This document shows positions 1-9,588 of a stretch of 64,000 nucleotides of DNA, in pieces. The position numbers were made by a program, and so were the translations under genes. The stretch comes from Myxococcota bacterium (lineage in GTDB: Bacteria > Myxococcota_A > UBA796 > SXON01), in the NCBI GenBank assembly GCA_040386535.1, contig JAZKFH010000011.1, forward strand, positions 76,473 through 140,472. Direction: 5' to 3'. The notes under the pieces are model-generated. The model was not told where the DNA came from. It searched no databases and was given only the letters and a program-made list of their open reading frames with translations. Each line of letters starts with the position of its first letter. The first letter of the stretch is position 1.

Positions 1-35
1 CGATCACCGTCGTGACGAGCACACGCTCTCCGAAT

Positions 36-527
36 TCAGACCGGGTTCTTGGACTCGAAGCCTTCGTGCTGGATCTCGATGGACTCGAGGATCACCTCGT
101 TCGCGTCGCCCGCGAGGTCGGAGAGCGCGGTGTACTTGGAGACCCAGGCGTTGTGGAGGGTGTAGAACTTCACGACGGTCTTGTTGTCGACGTCGTAGAC
201 GCGGATGTCCACGTCCTGGCGGAAGTTCGGCTCCTTCTCACGGCCCTTGGTGTCCCAGCGGTTCCGCACGAGCGTGGTGGCCCAGGCCTGGAACGTCGGG
301 TCGTTGGTGACGCCGCCCTCGAGGGTGACCGGGTCGTACGCGGTGCGGCCGGGGAGCAGCTCGCTCACGCTCGACTGGTCGCTCCCCGCGCGGAACTTCA
401 CCACCTCGACCGAGGCGGAGAGCTTCGACATCTTGTGGCAGGCCGCCACTTCCTTGCCGCCGATCCAGATCCGGAAGTTGAAGTTGCGGAACGGGTCGCG
501 CTTTTTTGAGTCCGAGAACCGCGGCAT
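36..527 (-). CDS. Phage tail tube protein (T4 gp19-like; eCIS Afp1/Afp5 type)
   Basis: DPFRNFNFRI start, PGRTAYDPVTLEGGVT, YTLHNAWVSKY...L.G.ANEVILESIEIQHEG are gp19-family hallmarks. AAGGAG RBS precedes the ATG. Confidence 0.93.
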   Translation of the reverse strand: MPRFSDSKKRDPFRNFNFRIWIGGKEVAACHKMSKLSASVEVVKFRAGSDQSSVSELLPGRTAYDPVTLEGGVTNDPTFQAWATTLVRNRWDTKGREKEPNFRQDVDIRVYDVDNKTVVKFYTLHNAWVSKYTALSDLAGDANEVILESIEIQHEGFESKNPV

Positions 528-557
528 GGCTGCTCCTTGAGGTTCAGAAGGTGGAGG

Positions 558-1193
558 TCAGAAGGTCGGCGTGGAGGGGTCGGAGCCGAGGACGAGCTGG
601 AGCGCGCTCCCGGAGGTGGTGACGGGCTTGGGCAGCGTGGCGGCCTCGTCCGGGGAGGCGAGGCGGCTCCAGCCCTCGTGGACGAACTCCGCCGATTGCA
701 GCGCCACCTCGGAGGTGAGCGCGTCGAGGCGGGGGAGCGCCTGGAAGCGTGACAACCACGCGTTTGCCAGGACGTAGCGGACCGACCGCGGCGGGTCGGT
801 GGGGCCGGTGGCGCCCCGGTCCTGCGGGACGCCGTCCCACACGTCGATGAACACCGTGCGCTTGATGGGCACCGACGGGCGCTTGCCGGTCTCGAGGAAC
901 TCGCGCACCGCGGCCGCCCACACCGCGAAGGTGTCGTCGAGCGCGAGCCCGGACTCGATGACCACCGGGTCCCACGTGATGCGCTCGGGGTTGGCGTAGC
1001 GGTGGAGGTTGTTGCCGCCGCTCCAGGTCTCCGAGGCGGTGGCGATCTGGGTGAGCCCCGACACCCGCTGCACCCCCGCCACCACGCGCGTGCCGGTCTG
1101 CACGCCCGCCGTCGTCTGGTCGAGCGGGACGCTCACCCGGAACTGGAAGGTGCGCAGCGGATCGTGCTGGCGGAACGGGGGCGCGACGGGCAT
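558..1193 (-). CDS. Second, divergent tail tube protein (gp19-like) with C-terminal extension
   Basis: DPLRTFQFRV, GVQRVSGL, WDPVVIESGL, YVLANAWLSRF...LDALTSEVALQSAEFVHEG. Start overlaps the sheath stop (TGATG). Confidence 0.88.
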   Translation of the reverse strand: MPVAPPFRQHDPLRTFQFRVSVPLDQTTAGVQTGTRVVAGVQRVSGLTQIATASETWSGGNNLHRYANPERITWDPVVIESGLALDDTFAVWAAAVREFLETGKRPSVPIKRTVFIDVWDGVPQDRGATGPTDPPRSVRYVLANAWLSRFQALPRLDALTSEVALQSAEFVHEGWSRLASPDEAATLPKPVTTSGSALQLVLGSDPSTPTF

Positions 1194-3124
1194 CAGGTCA
1201 CCAGCGTCTTCTGGCTGACCTGGATGACCACGAACTCCGCCGGCTTGAGCGGGGCGAAGTACACGCGCGCGGTGACGACGCCGGCGTCGATGTTCGCCTG
1301 CGGGTTGGTGGTCGCGTCACACCGCACGAGGAAGGCTTCGGCCGGGGTGGTGCCCTGGAACGCGCCGTCCTGGAACAGCCGCAGCATGAAGTTGAAGATG
1401 TTCTGCCGGACCCGCTCCCACAACGTCGTGTCGTTCGGCTCGAACACCGCCCACTGCATGCCCTGGCGGATGGACTCGATGAGGAACAGCGCCGTGCGGC
1501 GCACCGGGACGTAGCGCCACTCCGGGTCGCTCGAGATGGTGCGCGCGCCCCAGGTCACGATGCCCGTGCCGCTGAACTGCCGGATGCAGTTGAGGCCGAC
1601 CGGGTTGAGCAGATCCTGCTGGCCGTCGTCGACGTCGAACTGCAGGCCGAGCGCGCCGGGCACCGTGGCCTCGATGCCGGCCGGCGCCTTCCACACGCCG
1701 CGGCTGTTGTCGGTGCGCGCGTAGATGCCGGCGACCAGGCCCGAGGGCGGGACGAAGCGGGTGGGGTTGCGCCCGACGCCGAGCGGATCGTAGGCCTTGA
1801 CCCAGGGGTAGTACATGGCCGCGTTCTTGGAGCGCAGCGGGAGCGTCTGGATGAAGCTCCGCGCGTCGAGCGGGTGCACCTGGAAGTCGTCGTCCTGTGC
1901 GCCCGGCCCGTCGAGGACGGCGAAGGCGCCGTGCTGCTCCGCCCAGGGCAAGAGCTTCGTGACGTAGGCGGGCTCGTTGGTGTGGCCCGGGATGGCGATG
2001 ATGTTGACGAGCAGGGTGTCGAGCGCGTGGATGCCGGTGCGCGCGACCGGATCGCCGAAGTACTCGGTGGGGCCCGGCGTGCCGGTGCCGTCGGAGCCGT
2101 TGGCGAGCGCCACCGGCGCGGTGGTGACCGCGGGGCGGACGTCGCTGTTCTTCAGGTCGTTGGCGGCAAAACCTGTCGCCACGGAGGTGAAGCCGAAGCT
2201 GCGGCTGAAGGAGCGCGGGTGGTTCACGCTGAGCGTGTCGCGCAGCAGGAGCGACAGCGCGGTCTTCGCGACGTCCGCCGGCTCGCTCGCCATCGCGACC
2301 ACCACGGTGCCGGCAGAGGGCGACGTGGCGACGAAGTCGGGGCCGATCAGCGCGTTGAACGCGGCGAGATCACGCGGGCCGGCGGACGCCGCGAGCGTGA
2401 CCGACTTGGTGTGGAGCACCGCGTCCCCCTGGCGGGCTTCGAGCACAAAATCCATCGCGTCGGTGTTGCTCACCGGGAGCTTGCCCGCGAGCCGGGGGCC
2501 GACGGCGGGGATGGCGGCGAACGTGCCGTCTCCGCTGGCGCCGGCGGAGGGGAACGCGGCGGTGATCTCGATGTACCGCGAGGTCTCCTTGACCACGCGC
2601 ACGACATGGTCGTCGCTACGCGGGTCCATTCGCACGTCGGTGAAGGTCTCCAGGGTGCGGGACAGGCCGCCTTCGATCACCGACACGCGCAGGGTGAACG
2701 CCTCGTCCGGGTACGCGTCGGACGCGAGCACGTCCAGCCGCAGCGTGCTCCCCCACGCCCCCGCGCCGCGCGCGCGCACGGCCAGGGCGACCGGGCGATT
2801 TCCCGCCGCCGGGACGACCGCGACCGGCAGCGTGACGGTGGCGGCCACCGCGTCCGCCGGCATCACGCGAACGACGTACGCCCGCCGCCCGCCGGCGTCG
2901 AAGAAGCCCTCGACTCCCGCCGCGAGGTAGCCCGCCGCGCCGCTCCGGTGCCCACCGAAGGCGGCCTGGTACTCCTCCATCGACGTGCACAGGGTTGCCC
3001 GGTTGGGCTGCCCGCGGGGGGCCTCCCCCAGGAACGCCGCGGTGGAGGTGCTGACGCCTTCGATGGGGCGGACCCCGCTCGAGACCTCTTCGACGTAAAC
3101 GCCAGGGTGAAGCCGTTCGGCCAT
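1193..3124 (-). CDS. Contractile tail sheath protein (643 aa)
   Basis: True start MAERLHPGVYVEEV at 3124 lies inside the 1554-aa track ORF. Motifs AAMYYPW, PPSGLVAGIYARTDNSRGVWKAPAG, WGARTIS, WRYVPVRR, FEPNDTTLW, APLKPAEFV. Confidence 0.96.
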   Translation of the reverse strand: MAERLHPGVYVEEVSSGVRPIEGVSTSTAAFLGEAPRGQPNRATLCTSMEEYQAAFGGHRSGAAGYLAAGVEGFFDAGGRRAYVVRVMPADAVAATVTLPVAVVPAAGNRPVALAVRARGAGAWGSTLRLDVLASDAYPDEAFTLRVSVIEGGLSRTLETFTDVRMDPRSDDHVVRVVKETSRYIEITAAFPSAGASGDGTFAAIPAVGPRLAGKLPVSNTDAMDFVLEARQGDAVLHTKSVTLAASAGPRDLAAFNALIGPDFVATSPSAGTVVVAMASEPADVAKTALSLLLRDTLSVNHPRSFSRSFGFTSVATGFAANDLKNSDVRPAVTTAPVALANGSDGTGTPGPTEYFGDPVARTGIHALDTLLVNIIAIPGHTNEPAYVTKLLPWAEQHGAFAVLDGPGAQDDDFQVHPLDARSFIQTLPLRSKNAAMYYPWVKAYDPLGVGRNPTRFVPPSGLVAGIYARTDNSRGVWKAPAGIEATVPGALGLQFDVDDGQQDLLNPVGLNCIRQFSGTGIVTWGARTISSDPEWRYVPVRRTALFLIESIRQGMQWAVFEPNDTTLWERVRQNIFNFMLRLFQDGAFQGTTPAEAFLVRCDATTNPQANIDAGVVTARVYFAPLKPAEFVVIQVSQKTLVT

Positions 3125-3132
3125 GGGAACTC

Positions 3133-5115
3133 CTAGGAAGGGGGGACGACTGCGGAAACGCCGGTGGCGGCGACGGTGTCGATGGGGTCGAGGTCGTTGA
3201 CGCGCAGGCGGGGCTCGAGCACGAGCGCGGGCGAGGTCTCCGGGAGGCGCTCGTCGAGCCAGGCGCTGACGCGGTAGTCGATCGACACGCGGAACAGGTG
3301 GTTCAGCAGGTCGTCCTTGCGCGAGAGCCGGAGCTGCTGGAAGAAGAACTCCTCGCCGTGCACCAGCGTGGAGCGCTTGGACCAGGCCTCCGGCACGGGC
3401 CGGTCGAGCTCTACGACGGAGCCGACGACGGAGCGGATGCGGGCGTCGAAGCGCCGGCCGCTGGGGATCGCGCCGTCCCGCGTGTCGGCGAGGTGGACGC
3501 TGTCGCCCGGCTGCAGCCGCGAGGCGCCCCAGACGAGCCGCCGGTTGTCGGCGCTCGGCGCGGCCATGGGGGTGCCGGCGACGTGGAGGTGCCAGACCGT
3601 GACGCCGACGCCGCCCGCGCCGCCGAGGGCGAGCGCGAGGTCGAAGGTGCCCGCGGGGGCCGCCCGCACCGCGCCCGGCGGGCCGATCGGGGAGGTGAGC
3701 GTGTGAGCCACGTCGCTCAAGAGCTCCACCGCGAGGGAGCAGGCGCCGCTCGCGGGGTTGAGCCGCAGGTGCACCAGCAGCGGGGTGGCGCGGGCCTGCT
3801 GCTCGGCGGTGCCCGCCGGCGCGGTGGCGGGCGGGGTGTAGGTGACCCGGCGGTCGAAGACGCGCTGGGCGCCGCCCACGAAGCGCACCGTGGCGGTGAC
3901 GGTGACCGTGTCCGATCCCAGCGTGACGCGGAGGGTCGCGGCGTCGCCGATGGTGAGCAGGTCGAACGCGCCGGCGGGCGCGCCCGGCGCGAACGAGAAC
4001 CCGACGGTGGCCGCGAGGCCCGCCTCGAAGGGGTTCGCCGCGATCCGCGCGTCCTCGTAGAGCGGCGGGAGCCACGTGCGGAGGCGCGCCACGCTCCCGG
4101 CCGCGAGCACGAGCCCGGTGGTGTCGGCCGCGCCGCCCGCCCAGCTCTCGCCCGCCACGCGGTCGACCGGGCCGTCCCCCGCTTCGAGGTGCGCGAGGCT
4201 CCACGGCGAGGACGGCAGGCCCTCTTCGAGCAGGGTGAGCGTGGTGGCGCCCGCCGCGACGTCCGCGCCGAGCAGGCCGGGCCGCACGGCCAGCGCGCCG
4301 CGGGTGGGGACGCTCAGGAACAACACGTCGACCAGCTCGCCGAGCTCGGGTTGGGAGCCCGCCCAGAGCTCGATCCGCGCGTCCACGTTGACGGCGCGGG
4401 TGGGCGGGCGGCGCTGCCGGGTGAGCCGCGTCGGCAGCGCCACCCCGTCCGACAGGCCGAGGGCGGGCGTCGCGGTGACCACCCGCACGGCCGAGGCGAG
4501 GGTGGACCGCGTCTCCTCCGTCGGCACGAGGAACGGATCCGGCGGGGCGACCGGCGGCGCCGCGGGCGCCGGCTCGTAGGTGGGCGCCACCGGCACGCGC
4601 ACCGGATCGTCCACCGCCCCCGCGCGGCCCGAGGCCACCACGAGCGTGCGGCCGCGCGGATCCCAGCGGCACGACACCCGCGCCAGCTCGGCGAGCCGCG
4701 CCGGGTTCGTGACGGGCCCGCCCTCCGTCCACGCCGCCGCGCGCAGGGCGGCCTCGATCTCCGCCGCGAGGGCGCGCGCTGACGGATCGGTGGCGAACGA
4801 TCCGGCCCCGTGCGCGATCGTGGCGGTGGCCGCGCCGTCCACCTGCACCTCGATCGACCCCGCGGGCACGAGCCCCATGCCGCGCGGCGCCCCCCGCCAC
4901 ATGCCGGGGATCTGGAACACGACGAACCGCGGGCGCTTGTCGTCCCGCTCGGCGTCCCACGCCACCGCCAGGGGGCCGACGACGGACGCGAACGGCGCCA
5001 CCGGCGGGCGGTGATCCGGGTCGGCGTAGCCGTGGCCGACCCCGACCCCGACGCGCGCGTACCGGGCCGAAGCGGCCACGACCCAGAGCAGTGCGTCGAC
5101 GACTTCGGCGTTCAT
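3133..5115 (-). CDS. CIS-associated 660-aa protein; putative tail terminator/cap with inserted beta-sandwich domains
   Basis: Abuts both neighbours directly upstream of the sheath; strong GC3 bias. VNVDARIELWA...ELGELVD and FRVSIDYRVSAWLD resemble terminator-fold segments. Function is inferred. Confidence 0.6.
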   Translation of the reverse strand: MNAEVVDALLWVVAASARYARVGVGVGHGYADPDHRPPVAPFASVVGPLAVAWDAERDDKRPRFVVFQIPGMWRGAPRGMGLVPAGSIEVQVDGAATATIAHGAGSFATDPSARALAAEIEAALRAAAWTEGGPVTNPARLAELARVSCRWDPRGRTLVVASGRAGAVDDPVRVPVAPTYEPAPAAPPVAPPDPFLVPTEETRSTLASAVRVVTATPALGLSDGVALPTRLTRQRRPPTRAVNVDARIELWAGSQPELGELVDVLFLSVPTRGALAVRPGLLGADVAAGATTLTLLEEGLPSSPWSLAHLEAGDGPVDRVAGESWAGGAADTTGLVLAAGSVARLRTWLPPLYEDARIAANPFEAGLAATVGFSFAPGAPAGAFDLLTIGDAATLRVTLGSDTVTVTATVRFVGGAQRVFDRRVTYTPPATAPAGTAEQQARATPLLVHLRLNPASGACSLAVELLSDVAHTLTSPIGPPGAVRAAPAGTFDLALALGGAGGVGVTVWHLHVAGTPMAAPSADNRRLVWGASRLQPGDSVHLADTRDGAIPSGRRFDARIRSVVGSVVELDRPVPEAWSKRSTLVHGEEFFFQQLRLSRKDDLLNHLFRVSIDYRVSAWLDERLPETSPALVLEPRLRVNDLDPIDTVAATGVSAVVPPS

Positions 5116-7044
5116 CTAACGGGAGATGCGCTTGAGGCTGGCGGTGTGGGACTTCACCGTCGTCTCCAGGCCGCTCACCGTGGTGGCGAGCTCTCGGAAG
5201 CTGGCGGCGGAGGTGCCCTCCCCCACCGCGGCGGCCGCGGCGGTGTAGGCGTCCCGGAACACGATGTCGGTGTCCACGGCGCCCGCGAGCTGCTCCGCGA
5301 GGGCGGCCTGCACACGCGCGGCGTCGACCACGATGCCCTGCGCATCTACGAGCTTCACCATCGCCACGGCGGCGTCGAGCACGGTGGTGGCGGACACCGC
5401 CGCGGCGAGGCGCGCCGCGGTCGCGTCGACCAGGCGGGCGCGATCGGCGGCGGTCAGGCTCGCGTCGACCCGCACCACCGCCGCGTCCACCACGGCGGCG
5501 CGGTCCACCCGCGCGGCGGCGTCGGCCGCGGCGGCGGCGATCAGCTCGGCCTGGGGCACCTCCGCGCCGCGCGCCGCGGCGCGCTCGACCGCCGCCTTGG
5601 TGACGCGGGCGAGATCCAGCGCGTCGACCGCCGCCGCCACCGCGCTGCTCTCCAGCGGCGCCGCGGCGATGTTGGCGGCCCCCCAGGTCCGCGCGTCGCG
5701 CGCCGCCGCGGCCGCGATCCCCGACACGTCGAGCCGCCCCAGCGCCGCGTCGACCGCCGCCCGTTCGAGCTCCGCGGGGTCGAGCGCCGCCGCCGCCTTG
5801 TCCGCGGCGCCGCGGGCCGCCGCTTCCACACGCTCGCGCACGTTCGCGACGGTCCACGGGGCGAGGAGCGGCGCCAGCACGTCGGCCGCGACCGCCTGCG
5901 TGTCCACCGACGCGGCCGCGGCGGTGATCTGGGCGCGAAGGTCCGCTTCGATCCGGGACTTGTCGACGCGGGCGCCCGCGGCGGCCAGCGCGGCGTCCAC
6001 CACCGCCGCGGCGTCGACCGTGGACACCGCCTCGCGCGCGGCGGCCTCGACGTGGGCGCGCACCGCGTCGACCTCGAAGCGGCCGTACACCGGGCCGAGC
6101 AGCTCGGACTCGAGCTTCGGCAGGTCGAGCGCGGTGATCGCCTTGTCGGCGGCGCTGCTCACGCGGTCCCGAATCGCCTCGCGCGTGAACCGGTCCAACA
6201 CGCCCGCGAGCGCGGTGCGCTCCAGGCCCGCCACGTCCACCGACGCCACCGCCACTGCGGCGCGCTCCCGCACCAGCTCGGTCAGCTTCTCCACGTCGAA
6301 CCGCGCGAGCAGCCGGGCCAGGGCGCGATCCCGGATGCCGTCGGCATCGACCCCGGCGACCGCCGCGGCCACCGCGTCGCGCACCTTCTCCTGGATCGCC
6401 GCCACGTCCGTGTCGGCCACGAGCCGCTCCGCCGCGGCCGCCGCGATGGCATCGGCGTCCACCCGCTCTGCGAGGGTGGCGGCGAGCCGCTGCGTGATGC
6501 GCTCCAGCAGCGTGCCCGTGTCCGCGCGCTCGGCGGTGGAGGCCAGCAGGCCGGCGCGTGTCAGCGCGTCATCCAGCGTGTCCAGCGTGACGACGTTCGC
6601 GACGCGCCCGGCGAGGCGGTTGAGCTCCTCCGTGAGGCGCGCGTCCACCCCGGCCAGCTGCGCGGTCAGCGGCCCCAGGTCGACCGGCGCCACCGGGGGC
6701 GGCGCCCCGCCGGCTGCGAGGGTGGTCAACGCGGCGTCGAGCCGGTTCAGGCGCTCCTCGAGCGCCGCGGCGCGCTCCCCGAGCGTACGCTCGGCGTCCA
6801 CGCTCGCCAGGAGCTTTCCCTCTAGCTCGGCGATGCGCGTATCGGCCGCATCGAGACGCGCTCGGAGGGCCTCCGTACCGTCGTCATGCGGTGGAGCGAT
6901 CGGAGGCGGTACGTCGGGAACACACAGCGCGCCGACCACGCCGACAAGCACGTTCCAATCGCCCAGACCGGGGGGACGAGACCAATCCGTCCGCACGAGC
7001 GGATCGAGCCTCGAACGCAGGGCGGCGGTCTCGATCTCCGTCAT
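5116..7044 (-). CDS. Ala-rich helical/coiled-coil repeat protein, first gene of the CIS operon (642 aa)
   Basis: Start MTEIETAALRSRLD at 7044. Heptad region LRARLDAADTRIAELEGKL and repeated (V/L)D..A(V/L)..AA units. Stop abuts the next start. Confidence 0.75.
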   Translation of the reverse strand: MTEIETAALRSRLDPLVRTDWSRPPGLGDWNVLVGVVGALCVPDVPPPIAPPHDDGTEALRARLDAADTRIAELEGKLLASVDAERTLGERAAALEERLNRLDAALTTLAAGGAPPPVAPVDLGPLTAQLAGVDARLTEELNRLAGRVANVVTLDTLDDALTRAGLLASTAERADTGTLLERITQRLAATLAERVDADAIAAAAAERLVADTDVAAIQEKVRDAVAAAVAGVDADGIRDRALARLLARFDVEKLTELVRERAAVAVASVDVAGLERTALAGVLDRFTREAIRDRVSSAADKAITALDLPKLESELLGPVYGRFEVDAVRAHVEAAAREAVSTVDAAAVVDAALAAAGARVDKSRIEADLRAQITAAAASVDTQAVAADVLAPLLAPWTVANVRERVEAAARGAADKAAAALDPAELERAAVDAALGRLDVSGIAAAAARDARTWGAANIAAAPLESSAVAAAVDALDLARVTKAAVERAAARGAEVPQAELIAAAAADAAARVDRAAVVDAAVVRVDASLTAADRARLVDATAARLAAAVSATTVLDAAVAMVKLVDAQGIVVDAARVQAALAEQLAGAVDTDIVFRDAYTAAAAAVGEGTSAASFRELATTVSGLETTVKSHTASLKRISR

Positions 7045-7051
7045 GACCGCG

Positions 7052-7080
7052 AGTGTATCGAAACGCGCCCGAAACGTCAC
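7052..7080 (-). promoter_or_regulatory. sigma70-type promoter for a leaderless CIS operon transcript
   Basis: Minus strand reads GTGACG-N17-TACACT-N7-ATG(7044); no Shine-Dalgarno. Confidence 0.55.
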
Positions 7081-7362
7081 CGTTCGTAGACGTAAGTTCC
7101 GCGAGAACGTCGTGCGGGCGGCGGCTCCCGGGCGGGTGCGGCGGCGAGGAGTGCGATGGCGTCGACGTCGCAGCGGGCCGGCACCGGCGCGCCCGGCCGG
7201 CGCGATCGGGGCGTCGGGAGGGCGAGGTGTTGCGCGGCCGTCGGCGCGGGGGGTTCGGGGGGGGGCTTCGCCGCGAGCCGGCGGTGGTGACCGCGGGCTC
7301 TCGAGCCCCCCGCCGACGCCCCAATCGCGGCGTTCGGCGGGGGGCCTGACCGCGGGGTCAAC

Positions 7363-7569
7363 GGTCATGTCCCCCTGAATGCACGCGGCACGGAGTCATG
7401 CCGGGTTGAATGCTCGGATCCAGGTCGCGACCGCCCACGGGATGCCGAAAAACGCCCGTTGTTCCGTGGAGGCAGCCGTAGGGCAGCCCTGAATTGGGGG
7501 CATGACGCTGATTCAGCGGCGTTCAGGGCGGCATGAGTCCGGAATAGCGGCGTTGAGGGGGGCATGACC
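7363..7569. mobile_element. MITE-like element core, copy 1 (207 bp)
   Basis: Imperfect 20-bp TIR GGTCATGTCCCCCTGAATGC / GCGTTGAGGGGGGCATGACC. Similar to 23485-23670 and 41848-42055. Confidence 0.7.
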
Positions 7570-7676
7570 CCGGATCTCCCCGCGCTCGTGCTCGCGGGCG
7601 GAGGGAAGCGGTTCAACGTCGCGATGGCGGCGCGAGCCGGACGGGCCTGACGGACGGAAGCGAATCACACACGTCG

Positions 7677-7728
7677 GACCCGACAGAACGGGCGTCACGA
7701 CCCGCACCGAGGCCCGTTGTGTCGGGTC
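7677..7728. repeat. REP-like long hairpin (GACCCGACAGAACGGGC family)
   Basis: GACCCGACAGAACGGGC...GCCCGTTGTGTCGGGTC; same family at 59600 and 59780. Confidence 0.75.
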
Positions 7729-7998
7729 GGACCCCGCCTCGCGGGAGCGGGCGGCGCGCCTGCTTCTCTCGGGCCCATCACCACGGCTCCCGCGCCAAGG
7801 GCGCGGAGGGCAGCCGCCCCGGGCGGCTGGTCCGGCCGGGCGGGCGCGCGGGCCGATCGCCACCACGACGCAGCCTCGCCCGGACGACCAAGCGGCTCCG
7901 CCGCGCGCCCGCAGCCGACCTGGCCCGCGTCCGCGCGGGGGCGCCCTGCGGGGCCGGCTACCCGCCTCCGGTCGGCCATCCCCACGGATCCTCGCGCA

Positions 7999-8250
7999 TC
8001 AGCCGGCCCCCAGGGGGAGCACCGCGCCGAGACCTCCCACCCACGGGGGGCTCCAGCGTACGGCGCCGGTCCGCGTGTCGAGCGCGTGCAGCATGTCCCT
8101 GCCGCCGACGAGCAGCAGGGCTCCGACCATCGCCCCCCGGCCCACCGCGGCCCCGTTGAACGTGGCGACATCGGTGCCCCCGCCGTCGGGCGCCGGGACC
8201 CGCCAGCGGCGCGTGCCCCTGGCGTCCACCGCCTCGATCCACGGCGGCCG
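7999..8250 (-). pseudogene. Possible remnant of a PQQ/BamB-type beta-propeller gene
   Basis: IEAVDARGTRRWRV and LHALDTRTGAVRW resemble PQQ-repeat blades; no convincing start. Boundaries approximate. Confidence 0.3.
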
Positions 8251-8396
8251 TCTCCGCGCGGGGGCTCGCGTGGCCGCCCCCGCCGCCCACGCGTGCGTCG
8301 AGCGCTGTCTCGAGGGCGTGGGGTTGCTACGAATCGTGTCTTCCGCCCCCCCACCGCCTCCCCCCAACTGGCACGCCCCTTGCAACAACATCCGAC

Positions 8397-9143
8397 ATGC
8401 TCCTCCTCCTCGTCTCCGTGGCCGCCGCCTTCGATCCCGCGATCCCCCGCGCCGCCCGCTTCGCCGCCACGGACCCCGCGGCCGAGCCGGCCGCCGCGTT
8501 CGCCGACCACCTGCTCGCGCCCCTCGGGACCGTCGTCCGTACCCAAATCGACGGCGGCGAGCTGTACGCGGATCGGATCGAGCGGCGCGTCCGCTTCGCC
8601 GGTGTGCAGCCAATTCTCGGTGTCCCCTGCGCGGGCGGGGCGTACGCGCTCGAGGTCGGCCCCGGGATCGATTCAGTCACGCGGCGCGGCGGCTCGACCT
8701 CGGCCTGGGGATGCCCGCTCGCGCCCGACGCCGCGGCCGCGTGGGGCCTCCCCGTCGGCACCATCGTCGAGCTCCGCGTCGGCGACACCACGCTCGACCG
8801 CATCGTGCTCCCCCCGGAGGCGACGCTCGTCGTTGACGCACAGCGCATCGGCGCGCTGCCGTGCCGCGGCGAGATCGACCTCTTCGGCGCGGTCCTCGGC
8901 CGGTGCGAGCTGGCGTCCGCGCGACGCCTGAACGCGGTCGACCTCCCCGCGGGCGCCATCCTGACGTTCCTGCCGGAGGGGCGCCTTCACGACGCGACCA
9001 TCCCCGGGCGCACGGTCGTCGCGGCCGGCCGCACCTGGGGCCCCGAGTACACACCGTGCGGCGCGCTCTACCTCCGCTTCGACGAGGCGGGCCAGATGGT
9101 GCCACCCCAGGCCGACCCGTACGGCGAGACGTGTTGCATCTGA
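8397..9143 (+). CDS. Secreted hypothetical protein (Cys-containing)
   Basis: Short hydrophobic signal MLLLLVSVAAA, GC3-biased frame, ends ETCCI. Confidence 0.7.
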   Translation: MLLLLVSVAAAFDPAIPRAARFAATDPAAEPAAAFADHLLAPLGTVVRTQIDGGELYADRIERRVRFAGVQPILGVPCAGGAYALEVGPGIDSVTRRGGSTSAWGCPLAPDAAAAWGLPVGTIVELRVGDTTLDRIVLPPEATLVVDAQRIGALPCRGEIDLFGAVLGRCELASARRLNAVDLPAGAILTFLPEGRLHDATIPGRTVVAAGRTWGPEYTPCGALYLRFDEAGQMVPPQADPYGETCCI

Positions 9144-9359
9144 CAAATCTGCCAACAAATCGGAGTCCGCGCCGACGCGACACAGGAGTGGGGGCGCGCC
9201 CCGCCGCGGACGGCGGGTCGGGTGTCCTCCGGGGTCGCGGCAAAGCCGCTCCGTCACCCGCCTGCGCGGCGGCCGACCGGGGCGGGCCGCTACGATCGGG
9301 CCGGCTTCGGCCTCGGCGCGCCCGCCCCGCCCTCCGGCCCCCCTCGCGCGGTGTCACCT

Positions 9360-9528
9360 CCCACCCGGCGAGCGTGCGCGCGACCGCGAAGTGGATGTAG
9401 GCGTCATCGAGGGGCAGGACGACCGCGCCGCCGATGGTGCGGTGTGTCGCCTCGAAGAGCGCGGCCATCCCCAGCGCGGTGAGGGCGAGCGCCGTGCCGG
9501 GGGCGCGCCAGGGGGCGGAGGCGGACAC
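9360..9528 (-). pseudogene. Truncated N-terminus of a GT-C-type membrane glycosyltransferase
   Basis: TM helix followed by PLDDAYIHFAVARTLA, then the frame degenerates into GC-rich repeat sequence. Confidence 0.5.
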
Positions 9529-9588
9529 GACGCGCGTGTACCGCGCTCGCCCCGGCGGCACGGCGGGCGGCGCGGCCCTCGGCGGCCC

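Noticed and set aside
1193..5857. 1554-aa sheath fusion ORF
   Set aside because: The first ~910 aa are an Arg/Gly-rich shadow frame overlapping two better genes; the sheath starts at 3124 after a GGAG RBS.
36..7044. Prophage
   Set aside because: No head, terminase, integrase, lysis or replication genes in the window; host-like composition.
9141..9200. UGA readthrough after ETCCI
   Set aside because: Downstream codons lose the GC3 bias and no SECIS-like hairpin is evident, unlike at 63228.
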